Positions 17,334-26,333 of a DNA stretch of 27,476 bases are shown here, piece after piece. Location: assembly GCA_048882045.1 (NCBI GenBank), contig JBHLRZ010000038.1, forward strand, positions 1 to 27,476. Direction: 5' to 3'. Source of the stretch: Candidatus Thorarchaeota archaeon (GTDB taxonomy: Archaea; Asgardarchaeota; Thorarchaeia; Thorarchaeales; Thorarchaeaceae). The translations under genes were made by a program, and so were the position numbers. How positions within the stretch are numbered: the stretch's first letter is position 1; every line of letters starts with the position of its first letter. The notes under the pieces are model-generated. The model searched no databases. It worked only from the letters and a program-made list of their open reading frames with translations, and was not told the DNA's origin.

Positions 17334-18992
17334 TTACGGACCAGTGGTAGCTGCAGTGCCTGAATATATGAGCCAATGGCGCCAGCTGACACTGATGTCA
17401 AGCACCACTCCGTGTATTGTTAGCTTTGTGACAGCTGTTGTGTCACTCTGCCAAAGGGGTATGGCTGAGCACTCTACTGCTTGCAGGTCTTGCAGGTCAT
17501 TGTATGCAGTTTCCCGCTCTGCAGGAGTCTGCGCTGACCGACCATCCTGCCATAGATTGTACTGCGCTACACCACCAGCTGGGTAGGTGTTGTTGTAGTT
17601 CATGTGAAGCCATGTTGCGAATGGCAAGAATGCATAGTTGTCAGGATCTACATAATCTGGATACCAACCGTACATATACATGGGCATGGTTTCAGCATCT
17701 CTCTGAACCCTATACTGAGCCCAATCCAGACCATGGAGGTTCACCGTCATAACTCCACTCGCCTCAAGGTCAGTCTTGTACACAGCTGCTTGCTGCCCAC
17801 TTTGTGGATAGTGTCCAGAGTTTTCATAATAGAACTCTATGACAAGTTTGTTTGTCTCGTTGTACCCAAAAAGTGCCAGCTGACTCCGTGTGAAGGTGTA
17901 GTTAGCTTCGCCATAGACCTCAAAGGTTGGCTTGTGGTATGCCATTCCTTCAGGAATAATCGAGTACAATGGCGAGAAGTCACCGAGAAAGACTGTGTTG
18001 ACAACATTAGTCCTATTGAAAGCCGCAGCTATTCCCTGTCTGATCGCAGTTTCATTGAATGGATAGAATGCCTGGTTGAAGCACATGTACTGTATCTGCG
18101 CTCCAATTCCTTTCCAAACACGAACGTCCGGATTATCCATGAAACTGTGAATCTGCTGAGCTGTCAGCTGTCGGTAGGCAATATCAATATCACCAGACTC
18201 CATCGCTGTAGCCAAGGCAGTCGCATCTGCATATTTCTTGATGACTATTGTATCTGCTTTTGGATAGCCTGCTGCAGCATTCCAGTAGTCAGGGTTCTTC
18301 TTGAGTCGAAACTCTACATCTGTAGCTCCACTCCTGACCCAGCTTTCCAAGAGAAATGGACCGAGGCCATTTGGATGACTGGCACGAGCATCGCCACTAG
18401 TGAACTCTACAAGCTCCGCCTTGGGTGCATGCACCCTATCAACAATGAAAGATCCTTGATAGGCCAGTAGCTGTAGAAATGGAGCAAATGGTTGATACAA
18501 GTTGAATCTGACTACGAACTCACTCACCACTGTCACATTCCTTATAATCAGATGATACTCCAAAGCCAATTGAGAACCATCTGGTTCCAATAAACCATCG
18601 CCTGTTAGGTTACAGCTACGATCGAATGAGTACTTGACATCTGTGGCGTTGAACTCTCGTCCATCCTCAAACAGAACACCCTCTCTGAGGTTGAAGTCCC
18701 AGGACAGACCATTTGAAGCCATTGTCCAACTCGTCGCTAACGCAGGAGCGATATCTTCAACACTTGCTTGCGACCCAGGTGTTATCTCAACCAATCCCGA
18801 ACTAAGAGACTGAACCATCTCCAACCCGAAGTAGTCATACGCTCGGGCAGGATCAAGGTTGGTCTCGACCGAGTCAGTAGTTCCCATTATAATGATATTC
18901 TCCGGTGCAGGTGCAAAGAAGAGTAGGTAGCCAGTTACGCCACCAACAACTACTATAATGAGTACTACTGCTATTATTTGGTTTCTTTGCAT
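17334..18992 (-). CDS. dppA: Family 5 ABC substrate-binding protein (DppA/OppA-like), N-terminally anchored
   Basis: LDPARAYD, PALATSW, FEDGREFNATDVKYSF, GLGPF, GWYPDYVDPDNY. Single N-terminal hydrophobic helix, no C-terminal anchor. SD GGAGGAGG. Confidence 0.93.
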   Translation of the reverse strand: MQRNQIIAVVLIIVVVGGVTGYLLFFAPAPENIIIMGTTDSVETNLDPARAYDYFGLEMVQSLSSGLVEITPGSQASVEDIAPALATSWTMASNGLSWDFNLREGVLFEDGREFNATDVKYSFDRSCNLTGDGLLEPDGSQLALEYHLIIRNVTVVSEFVVRFNLYQPFAPFLQLLAYQGSFIVDRVHAPKAELVEFTSGDARASHPNGLGPFLLESWVRSGATDVEFRLKKNPDYWNAAAGYPKADTIVIKKYADATALATAMESGDIDIAYRQLTAQQIHSFMDNPDVRVWKGIGAQIQYMCFNQAFYPFNETAIRQGIAAAFNRTNVVNTVFLGDFSPLYSIIPEGMAYHKPTFEVYGEANYTFTRSQLALFGYNETNKLVIEFYYENSGHYPQSGQQAAVYKTDLEASGVMTVNLHGLDWAQYRVQRDAETMPMYMYGWYPDYVDPDNYAFLPFATWLHMNYNNTYPAGGVAQYNLWQDGRSAQTPAERETAYNDLQDLQAVECSAIPLWQSDTTAVTKLTIHGVVLDISVSWRHWLIYSGTAATTGP

Positions 18993-19237
18993 AATTTCTT
19001 TCTTCCTCCTCCTTTAACCGTGATTTACGGAAGAAGTGGTACAAAAAAGAGCATGATTGCATATAAGTGAACACCTCTGCGCTAACATTGTGAGTCAGAG
19101 AACACAAATCATCCAAAATGTTGTCTTGATACATTGGACAACTTCTAGCCTGATTTTTTTTCCACACCATGCAGACTAATCTTATAATCAAAATTCAATC
19201 TTTCACTTTATTCATTTGTGTGACAGGAGAAAATCTA

Positions 19238-20590
19238 TTGATAGGAGATAAATCATCGCGCACACTAGTTATGCTCGTTGCACTAATAATTAGTTCAACT
19301 CTGTTCGTAAACGCTTCTGGTAATTCCTTTGTTATAGCTGAGATTTCTATTGATGGATCTATCTCTGGTGGTGAATGGGAATCTGCGGCACACAAAGTGG
19401 AATGGTTCATGGATGCAGACCCAGAGAATTCTGACGGGTATAACTACATGTATCTCGACGAAGATGATAACAGTCTCTACATTGCTCTCGATCTCTGCAG
19501 TGACCAGACCAATAACGAGACTGGTGAATGGATTGGTGTGTGGTTGAACACGAACATGACAGAAGTAAACAATGGTCCATACGAATCACCACGTGATTGG
19601 GAGGCTGCTTTGGACAGAGGAATGGAGTCATTTGTTTTTGATGTAGATAACAATGAAACGATGGAGTTCTTCCATGAGTCTTACAATACAGCCTATTTCC
19701 ATAATCCTGTGAATTTTGTTGCAGTGAATGGCTCTCTTGAAGGTGAATCATCAGATACTTGGTCAAAAGACAGTGTCTACCTGAATGCAACATCGGTCTT
19801 TAATGGCACTCACTATCTGACCCGTGTCGATATACCAATTGACTTCTCCACATTCTTCCCAGTCTTTGAGGAGCTCTTTCTCGACCACGTTCGATATCTT
19901 CGCCTGGATTATAATTTCCAGCACAACACTACCCTCAGTGAGCACTTTCTCAGTGTTTCAGACCTCGATGGAAATCTGAATCCATCAATTGTCAAGTCTC
20001 TCGGAACTGGTACTGGAGTGATAGACAGCAGTGTGGTTCTCTTTCCAGAGAACTTCACATCACCCTCTGAGGTGATTCTCTCATTGAACGGAATTGGTGC
20101 TGCACCATTCAAGACGTCATATGATTTTCTGAGGATTGATCTCCGCGTTGATTCAGTAAACAACATTGCAGAACATACTGTTCTGCCATACTCATCCATA
20201 CTGAGCTACAATATCGACTGGTCTTTTGGACCGAGTGAGAACAACGCAACGGAGCATCGTCAGTTCGAGATCAAAATTCCAAAGAGTGAACTCGAAGGGT
20301 ATGAAGATAACTCTGACCTAGGAATAATCGTGGGTGGTTATGGAACACTCATCTCATTCCCCAATACCCACAATTGGGTATTTGCGAATGATACTTTGAC
20401 TGGAATTCCAGAGAGCGAATGGACCAAGTATAATTATTATCCTATGCCATTAAAAACAAGTCCAGATTCCACAACGACCACTACTATTCCTACATTTCCT
20501 CAAGGTGCGGATGTTACCTTGTTCATTGTAATTGCAGGTGCGGGCGTCGTGATCATCATATTCGTTGTCATCTTCACAAGGAAACGGTGA
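19238..20590 (+). CDS. Secreted, C-terminally anchored surface glycoprotein with a DOMON/CBM9-like beta-sandwich signature
   Basis: Probable TTG start at 19238 after AGGAGA (ORF is open from 19169). Signal peptide, IDGSISGGEW, NSLYIALD and FEIKIPKSEL motifs, many N-x-S/T sequons, Thr-rich linker, TM helix and RKR. Confidence 0.75.
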   Translation: MIGDKSSRTLVMLVALIISSTLFVNASGNSFVIAEISIDGSISGGEWESAAHKVEWFMDADPENSDGYNYMYLDEDDNSLYIALDLCSDQTNNETGEWIGVWLNTNMTEVNNGPYESPRDWEAALDRGMESFVFDVDNNETMEFFHESYNTAYFHNPVNFVAVNGSLEGESSDTWSKDSVYLNATSVFNGTHYLTRVDIPIDFSTFFPVFEELFLDHVRYLRLDYNFQHNTTLSEHFLSVSDLDGNLNPSIVKSLGTGTGVIDSSVVLFPENFTSPSEVILSLNGIGAAPFKTSYDFLRIDLRVDSVNNIAEHTVLPYSSILSYNIDWSFGPSENNATEHRQFEIKIPKSELEGYEDNSDLGIIVGGYGTLISFPNTHNWVFANDTLTGIPESEWTKYNYYPMPLKTSPDSTTTTTIPTFPQGADVTLFIVIAGAGVVIIIFVVIFTRKR

Positions 20591-20673
20591 TATCTGCTTT
20601 GATGAAGTGCCTTTGTGAGTACTTCTTACTTTCTCTCATTGCACTTATAGACAGCAGAATTGAAAGATAGTAG

Positions 20674-20698
20674 GAGGAAGTCCCTCAAGAGACTCCTC
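20674..20698 (-). terminator. Hairpin downstream of rubredoxin
   Basis: Minus-strand GAGG-AGUCUC-UUGA-GGGACU-U-CCUC, 14 nt after the stop, in a convergent gap. Confidence 0.4.
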
Positions 20699-20712
20699 TT
20701 TATAATCGAGAA

Positions 20713-20871
20713 TTAAATTTCCTCGAAGTCTTCCTTAGCTGCCCCACACATTGGGCAGACCCAATCGTCAGGAAGGTCAGCGAACTTTGTCCCAGCAGCT
20801 ATACCACTGTCGGGATCACCAACGTCTTCATCATAGACCCATCCGCATACCATACATTCGTACTTAGCCAT
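20713..20871 (-). CDS. Rubredoxin (52 aa)
   Basis: [43 protein letters not shown] has both CxxCG knuckles. True start is ATG 20871 after GGAGA. Confidence 0.97.
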   Translation of the reverse strand: MAKYECMVCGWVYDEDVGDPDSGIAAGTKFADLPDDWVCPMCGAAKEDFEEI

Positions 20872-20987
20872 GTCAGTATCTCCGGTTTTTCGTATATTGT
20901 ACGGACGCAATGTCCGTGCGATGGTCTGAGCTGAATCGGATAAAAGGCTTCGGATAGGTGGTAGCGAGTGAATAATGGCGTTAAGTC

Positions 20988-22271
20988 TTACTCACTCTCA
21001 TAATCATCCTCAGAATATTCCTCTTCGTCTGTGGCGTAATATTCCTCTAGGACATCTTCCTCATCTGCCACATCCTGAAGGTCTTCCACCTCTTCATCTT
21101 CAGGAACCGTTAAGGCATCGTCCTCATCAGTTGGTTCGCCAAGTACTGCTGGCTCTTCTTCAGAAGCTGCTGGTTCATCATAAAGTTCAGGAACCTCTGT
21201 TGGAGTGTCTTTAATCTCTAGTTTCTTTCTTGACTTTCGAATGAAGTTGAGTTCCATAACCAAGGCGACGAATGGAAACACTACTAGCTTCACGATGTCT
21301 CCTGCAGTCCCTGCTAGAGCTATTGCACCTGCATCAGTGACGATGGAAGTGAACAATGCATCAACGTACATGAAACCAGTTGCAAGGAAGTATGTAAAAG
21401 TGGCTGCGAATTCCTTACTAACTTTCCATCTTGTTTCAAGTTCTGCACGACTCGCGAGTGTTCTTCCTACACTACTCATAGTGTATAAAATGAAGAAGAT
21501 GGAGATTCCAATACTCACTAAGTCGATTGATGCGTTAAATCCTTGGAGAAGGTTGTATATGAAGTAGGCTGAATATAGCGAGATGAAAAGACCTAGGAAG
21601 GAGATGTTGCTTGCAGTCGATTTGTTCCTTTCAGCAATGAGAATCCAACCATTAAGAAAGTTGAATCCCATGGCAAAAAGCATTCCAAGAGCAGCGAACC
21701 AAAATGTTGCTGTCAGGAATACTGGAGGATTGACGAAGACGATAGTGAAAATGAAGGATCCAACTACTATGATATAGTTGAAGAAATAGATGGCCATGTA
21801 GAGAAACCTTACAATCGCAGATCTATCTTCAATCACTACACTTTCAGCAAATCCTAATGCTGTTCTTGTTGAGAAAAATGACTGGAACCCAATCCAACCC
21901 AGAAATGCGACTCCGATGAAAAGGAACGCAAGCAGGCCAGGAGTGAAGGTGACCATTAACACAAGTACAATGATACTAATGACTGCCCAGACTGCTGTGT
22001 AAATGAGTGATCTCATGTATGACTCATCATCCACAACAAACCTTGCCAATCCAAGAAGTGAAACAAAGGCAGCTAGCATGAAGAAAGTCGGGAAAATCGC
22101 TCCAATTACTACTACTGGTGTACCAACGAGGTAGGTGAGGTACACAATTCTTTCCAATATAGTGATTGTGAGTGCCGCCACAAAGAATAGAAGTGTCAAC
22201 CATCTGAGTCTTCTTGATGAGAAGAATAATTTCAATCCATCAACAAAGTTAGTAAGCACAGGAATGTCCAT
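20988..22271 (-). CDS. Polytopic membrane protein of unknown function with a highly acidic C-terminal tail
   Basis: Roughly 10-11 hydrophobic segments by eye. The last 73 aa contain 35 D/E and no K/R. SD AGGAGG. Confidence 0.85.
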   Translation of the reverse strand: MDIPVLTNFVDGLKLFFSSRRLRWLTLLFFVAALTITILERIVYLTYLVGTPVVVIGAIFPTFFMLAAFVSLLGLARFVVDDESYMRSLIYTAVWAVISIIVLVLMVTFTPGLLAFLFIGVAFLGWIGFQSFFSTRTALGFAESVVIEDRSAIVRFLYMAIYFFNYIIVVGSFIFTIVFVNPPVFLTATFWFAALGMLFAMGFNFLNGWILIAERNKSTASNISFLGLFISLYSAYFIYNLLQGFNASIDLVSIGISIFFILYTMSSVGRTLASRAELETRWKVSKEFAATFTYFLATGFMYVDALFTSIVTDAGAIALAGTAGDIVKLVVFPFVALVMELNFIRKSRKKLEIKDTPTEVPELYDEPAASEEEPAVLGEPTDEDDALTVPEDEEVEDLQDVADEEDVLEEYYATDEEEYSEDDYESE

Positions 22272-22314
22272 CTTGTTTCCTCCTAAACATCTAATTCACT
22301 TTAACTGGTTGCTC

Positions 22315-22776
22315 TTAATTCTTGAGGATGTGAAGAATCTCTGACTCCAGAGTGTCCTTGACCTGTGGCTTTTCGATAAGTATCCCCAACTTGTTTCCTG
22401 AGGAGTCAAAGAATTCGAACCAGGGAATGGCAGTGACTTTCCAGTCATTGACCTCTGGTGGCGACGGTGGGACTTTCCATTGAACATTTGGATTGAGCGG
22501 ATCTGTCTTTATCTTACTGAAGACAAGAATCTCCCAGCTAAGTTGCTCTTCAAGATGCAGCATGACTGGCATAGCTCTCTTGCAGTCTCCACACCACGCC
22601 GCACTGAATGCCACCACAGTCAATTTGCCAAACTCTTTCAGCTCGTCGACCACATTGTCATCTAACTTGTACTGATTATAGGTTTCAAGCATGATGTCTT
22701 TGTCTTTGTCTCTCAGTTCGTCAATGTATCCACGGACATTTGTCGTCCTAGATTTGATGTCATTGAAGTCAACCAT
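22315..22776 (-). CDS. Thioredoxin-family protein (WCGDC)
   Basis: VVAFSAAWCGDC active site and cis-Pro motif VTAIPWF. Likely start ATG 22776 (MVDFND); the ORF track extends to 22854. Confidence 0.88.
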   Translation of the reverse strand: MVDFNDIKSRTTNVRGYIDELRDKDKDIMLETYNQYKLDDNVVDELKEFGKLTVVAFSAAWCGDCKRAMPVMLHLEEQLSWEILVFSKIKTDPLNPNVQWKVPPSPPEVNDWKVTAIPWFEFFDSSGNKLGILIEKPQVKDTLESEILHILKN

Positions 22777-22877
22777 GTTTTTTCCACATCTCTGATTCCT
22801 TCTAAACGCTTCGATAGGTTCACTTACGTAAGCCTGATAAGATACCAGACCCACTGAAATCTGTTCATCAGGGACCG

Positions 22878-23423
22878 GTGAGCTGTTTGGCTATTGAACT
22901 CTACAAGACAATAATCGTGGGACCACCAAATGTTGGGAAGTCCAGTATTGTCCGTCGATATCAGAGCGACGAGTTCAGAGAAACCCACACAGCAACAATT
23001 GGTGCAGACCTGAGTGCAGCAACCTTTGAGTTTCCAGAGGGGCGAGTCGTACTAACCATTGCAGACATCGGGGGACAGGAAACTTTCGCAGGTCTCAGAA
23101 ACCAGTTCTATCAGGGTGCCCATCATCTTATCATGGTCTACGATGTGACAGACCGTGCGACCTTTGAACGGATAACTGACCTACATGAGGCGCTCACTGA
23201 GAAGATTTGCATTCAGAGAGAGAAATTTCTTGGTGGCTCTCTTGTGGCGAACAAGTCTGACATGAAGAATGAGGCTCAGGTATCAAGTCAAGAAGGTCAA
23301 CTTCTAGCTGATCTTCTGACATTGAAGTACTTCGAGACCTCCGCCAAGACTGGGGAGAATGTAGGTGAGCTCTTCCATTATGCAGCTTTAGAGTCTCGTA
23401 GACTCCGTCATGCTACTGCGTAG
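22878..23423 (+). CDS. Ras-superfamily small GTPase, Rab-like
   Basis: G1 GPPNVGKS, G2 ATIGAD, G3 DIGGQE, G4 NKSD, G5 ETSAK, plus FYQGA and VYDVT Rab-like segments. Start is GTG 22878 or TTG 22887 (GGTGAG SD). Confidence 0.93.
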   Translation: MSCLAIELYKTIIVGPPNVGKSSIVRRYQSDEFRETHTATIGADLSAATFEFPEGRVVLTIADIGGQETFAGLRNQFYQGAHHLIMVYDVTDRATFERITDLHEALTEKICIQREKFLGGSLVANKSDMKNEAQVSSQEGQLLADLLTLKYFETSAKTGENVGELFHYAALESRRLRHATA

Positions 23424-24786
23424 CCGCGGTCATTTGGCAATCACGAATTCTCAATGAAGGTATGACTGTGGGAGTTACAACTTCCCACCAGTATACTTGC
23501 ATACGGTCATTACCAATTGCATCAATGTTCGCAAGCATCCGCATAACGTTGTCACTGATTCTCATGTTCTTGATTGGCTTTCTCTCTCCCTTTTCTATCA
23601 GAAACATAGCATCTCTTGGTATCGTCGAAAATTCTCCTGTCTGATAGTTCTGCGCTCTGCTATACCAATTACTTGTGACATAGATTGTTGGTCGTTTAGT
23701 ATCCAGTAGCTCTTCCAAAGAGTAGTCGCCGTTGTTGAACACAATGTTGGAAGCATCTGGGAGTAGCATCTTTGCTCCTCTGCCTATTTCTGCTAGTCGT
23801 GAGCTGCCTGTGGACTCGGTTTCGTACATTTTCGCTGTTGATGTGTTGTGCAACATACTCTTGTACACTCCTTTCTCAATTATCTCCGTTTCACGACTTG
23901 GCGTTCCTTCCCAATCGAAGGGTGTGCTGTTCAATCCCCCCTCAAACAACGAATCTTCAGTGACTGTCAAATTCGCAGGCGCAATTTGTTCCCCTGTCCT
24001 ATCTCCAAGAGGTGATAGCCCCATCATTATGTAGATAGGATTGGCTAGGACAGGGACTCCGCCGATAACATTGGCACCAACTGTTGGATTGAGAACCAGA
24101 TCATATTTGCCGGGCTCACCTTGAACAGCTCCGATTGCCTCCTTCGACAACCGACCAGCCTTTGCTCCTGCTTCAAGTAGTCCTTTCTCAGATTCAGATG
24201 GTTTTGTCCCGCATACTAGACCTTGTCCTGAGTAGTCGAGCTCATCCTGAAGGGCTCTGATGTTCAAATCAAAGGTTGTCTTTCTAGAATCCCCTTCAGG
24301 CCCCATGCTCGATCTGAAGAATGAATGGACTTTGGTTGTCATTAATGCACCTGCTGCCCTCTTCGCTCCTTCGTTCAATGCTTGGTTTATAACTGAGTTG
24401 ATTATCTCAGGAGACTCTTCAACGAATGAATCGATCCCTTCATCGTAATTCTCACTGAGTTTGGTATATTTGTGAGTGTTCTCTTCAATTCCAGCAAAGA
24501 ACATTGAATCAGGTAAAATTCCAGTGAATTTCACAACACCATCGATAGCTCTCTTAACATCGTCCTCTCCTGAAATTGAAATTTCCGAAACTCCAGTCTT
24601 TTGGCTAGCGACCACAACGAATAGTTCCAATTGAAGTGCGTCCCATGTCTTACTTATGTCAATCTTACTCTGAGAGAATCGTACCTGCGCGTTCTTGGTC
24701 TTAGATACCCTAGCAATAATCGAATCCGTCTTACCTTTTCCATAATCGATGGCGAGGTCGACCAGATTCTTCAGAAAGTCCGTCAT
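23413..24786 (-). CDS. pmbA: TldE/PmbA family protein
   Basis: FDWEGTP, IIEKGVY, STGSS, GEFST..RD, NMRISDN; lacks HExxxH. ATG overlaps the tldD stop (TGATG). Confidence 0.9.
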   Translation of the reverse strand: MTDFLKNLVDLAIDYGKGKTDSIIARVSKTKNAQVRFSQSKIDISKTWDALQLELFVVVASQKTGVSEISISGEDDVKRAIDGVVKFTGILPDSMFFAGIEENTHKYTKLSENYDEGIDSFVEESPEIINSVINQALNEGAKRAAGALMTTKVHSFFRSSMGPEGDSRKTTFDLNIRALQDELDYSGQGLVCGTKPSESEKGLLEAGAKAGRLSKEAIGAVQGEPGKYDLVLNPTVGANVIGGVPVLANPIYIMMGLSPLGDRTGEQIAPANLTVTEDSLFEGGLNSTPFDWEGTPSRETEIIEKGVYKSMLHNTSTAKMYETESTGSSRLAEIGRGAKMLLPDASNIVFNNGDYSLEELLDTKRPTIYVTSNWYSRAQNYQTGEFSTIPRDAMFLIEKGERKPIKNMRISDNVMRMLANIDAIGNDRMQVYWWEVVTPTVIPSLRIRDCQMTAATQ

Positions 24787-26216
24787 CAACCAATTCCCCC
24801 TAGTCTAATCTGACGGAATCGAATTTCCGGACCTCCTGCCATGACAGGTGCTCCTTGCATTGGATCACTCTTTCCACAAGTGGCAGGGAACACAAGGTCG
24901 AAATTCTTGGACACTGCATCAGCAGCTGTCAGCATACCAACACTGGTTGTTTCCATCACAGGTCTCCTGACCATGGTATCTGTTATCTCTCCATTCTTGA
25001 TCAGATATGCCTCAGAGCCTGTGTACTTTGATTGATATCGCCTATCGTCAATGTTCCATTCTTGAAAACTTCTCATGTAGACTCCAAGTTTCACATCCTC
25101 CACAAGCTCCTCTAATGAGAAATTCCCGGGTTCGAAGAAAGTATTTGCCATTCGAATAAGGGGTTCTCTATTGAATGAAACAGCTCTAGCTGCTCCGTTA
25201 GACTCTGAACCGAATACTGTTCCAAACTCTCTATTGAGAAGTGGTTCATTCAGAATACCCTCTTTGATCAGTTCTCGTTTTCTTGCCTTCACTCCTTCGT
25301 CATCATAAGCATAGAATCCTGTCGTATGTTCAATGGTTGGATCTTCACTGACATTGACAGCTTCAGAACCTACACGGGATTCTCCAATCTTCAGATCTCT
25401 CCAGAAACTCTCTCCAGCCTGCGCTCCCTCTCGTCCTCTGATACGGTCTCCCTCACTGGGATGTCCTACATTCTCATGGGAAATTATCCCTGCGACTTCT
25501 TGCCCAACAATCATATCGATAGGTTTCTCCATTAATTCCTCAACCTTGACTGCTGACTGTGCGGCTTTCTGGAGTCTTCCGACCTGATCTTTCAAGAACT
25601 CAGTTACCTCAGTTTCTTTAATCCTCTCCCAACCTCCTGCGAGGGAGAGCGTCATATATTTCTGCTCTGAGCCGCCTGGAGCCTTAGCTGTAAGAATTGC
25701 GTACATATGAAGATATGATTGTTGACTCTCTATTTTGGTGCCCTCACTCGTAACAAGATATTTGTCAATCACTTGAGGATTCATGATGAAGACATAGGAA
25801 GCCAGTCCGTCCATCTGTTTGTTCATATCAGAGGCAAATTCCATCATAGTGTCCATATCAATATCGTTCAGAGTTTCCTTGACCTTCATCTTCCACTTTG
25901 TTTCGTTAGAAACGGGCAGTCCTAGATCAATAGGTTCCTTCCTCTTGGCATTCTTTGCCATCTTGATAGCAGCTGTTATCGATTCTTCAGCCAGTCCCTT
26001 CTCAAGTCGATCAAATGAAGCAAATGCAATACTCCCATCAACGAGGATCCGAACACCTATACCACTTGTAGGTGAGAACCCTCCAGATACTGGTTGACTG
26101 TTCCGATATGTCAGACTATTTGCCCATTCTTTTTGATATCTTGCCTCTATATAGTTACAGCCTAGTTTGTTGCCATATTCAATGCAATACTCAGCAAGAT
26201 CTTTACCATCTTTCAT
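24786..26216 (-). CDS. tldD: TldD family metalloprotease
   Basis: HENVGHPSEGD metal motif, YDDEGV, SNGAAR, IRMANT, C-terminal CGKSDPMQ. Likely start ATG 26216 (MKDGKDL); the ORF track extends to 26267. Confidence 0.93.
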   Translation of the reverse strand: MKDGKDLAEYCIEYGNKLGCNYIEARYQKEWANSLTYRNSQPVSGGFSPTSGIGVRILVDGSIAFASFDRLEKGLAEESITAAIKMAKNAKRKEPIDLGLPVSNETKWKMKVKETLNDIDMDTMMEFASDMNKQMDGLASYVFIMNPQVIDKYLVTSEGTKIESQQSYLHMYAILTAKAPGGSEQKYMTLSLAGGWERIKETEVTEFLKDQVGRLQKAAQSAVKVEELMEKPIDMIVGQEVAGIISHENVGHPSEGDRIRGREGAQAGESFWRDLKIGESRVGSEAVNVSEDPTIEHTTGFYAYDDEGVKARKRELIKEGILNEPLLNREFGTVFGSESNGAARAVSFNREPLIRMANTFFEPGNFSLEELVEDVKLGVYMRSFQEWNIDDRRYQSKYTGSEAYLIKNGEITDTMVRRPVMETTSVGMLTAADAVSKNFDLVFPATCGKSDPMQGAPVMAGGPEIRFRQIRLGGIG

Positions 26217-26333
26217 CTTTGAACGCCCATTGGAATGTGGCCTACTCCTGATAATAAACACTCTCACTAGAAGAGTGTCTTCACACCGTAGAGTTCAAAA
26301 TGAATTGAGTTCATCCAATATCGGGACGAAGAG

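Noticed and set aside
17604-18470. 288-aa plus-strand ORF
   Set aside because: Lies wholly antisense to dppA with no motif and unnatural composition; a shadow ORF, as are the other short overlapping ORFs in the track.
23413-26216. RiPP (microcin-like) cluster around TldD/PmbA
   Set aside because: No precursor peptide, YcaO, radical SAM or exporter genes; TldD/E pairs are widespread in archaea on their own.
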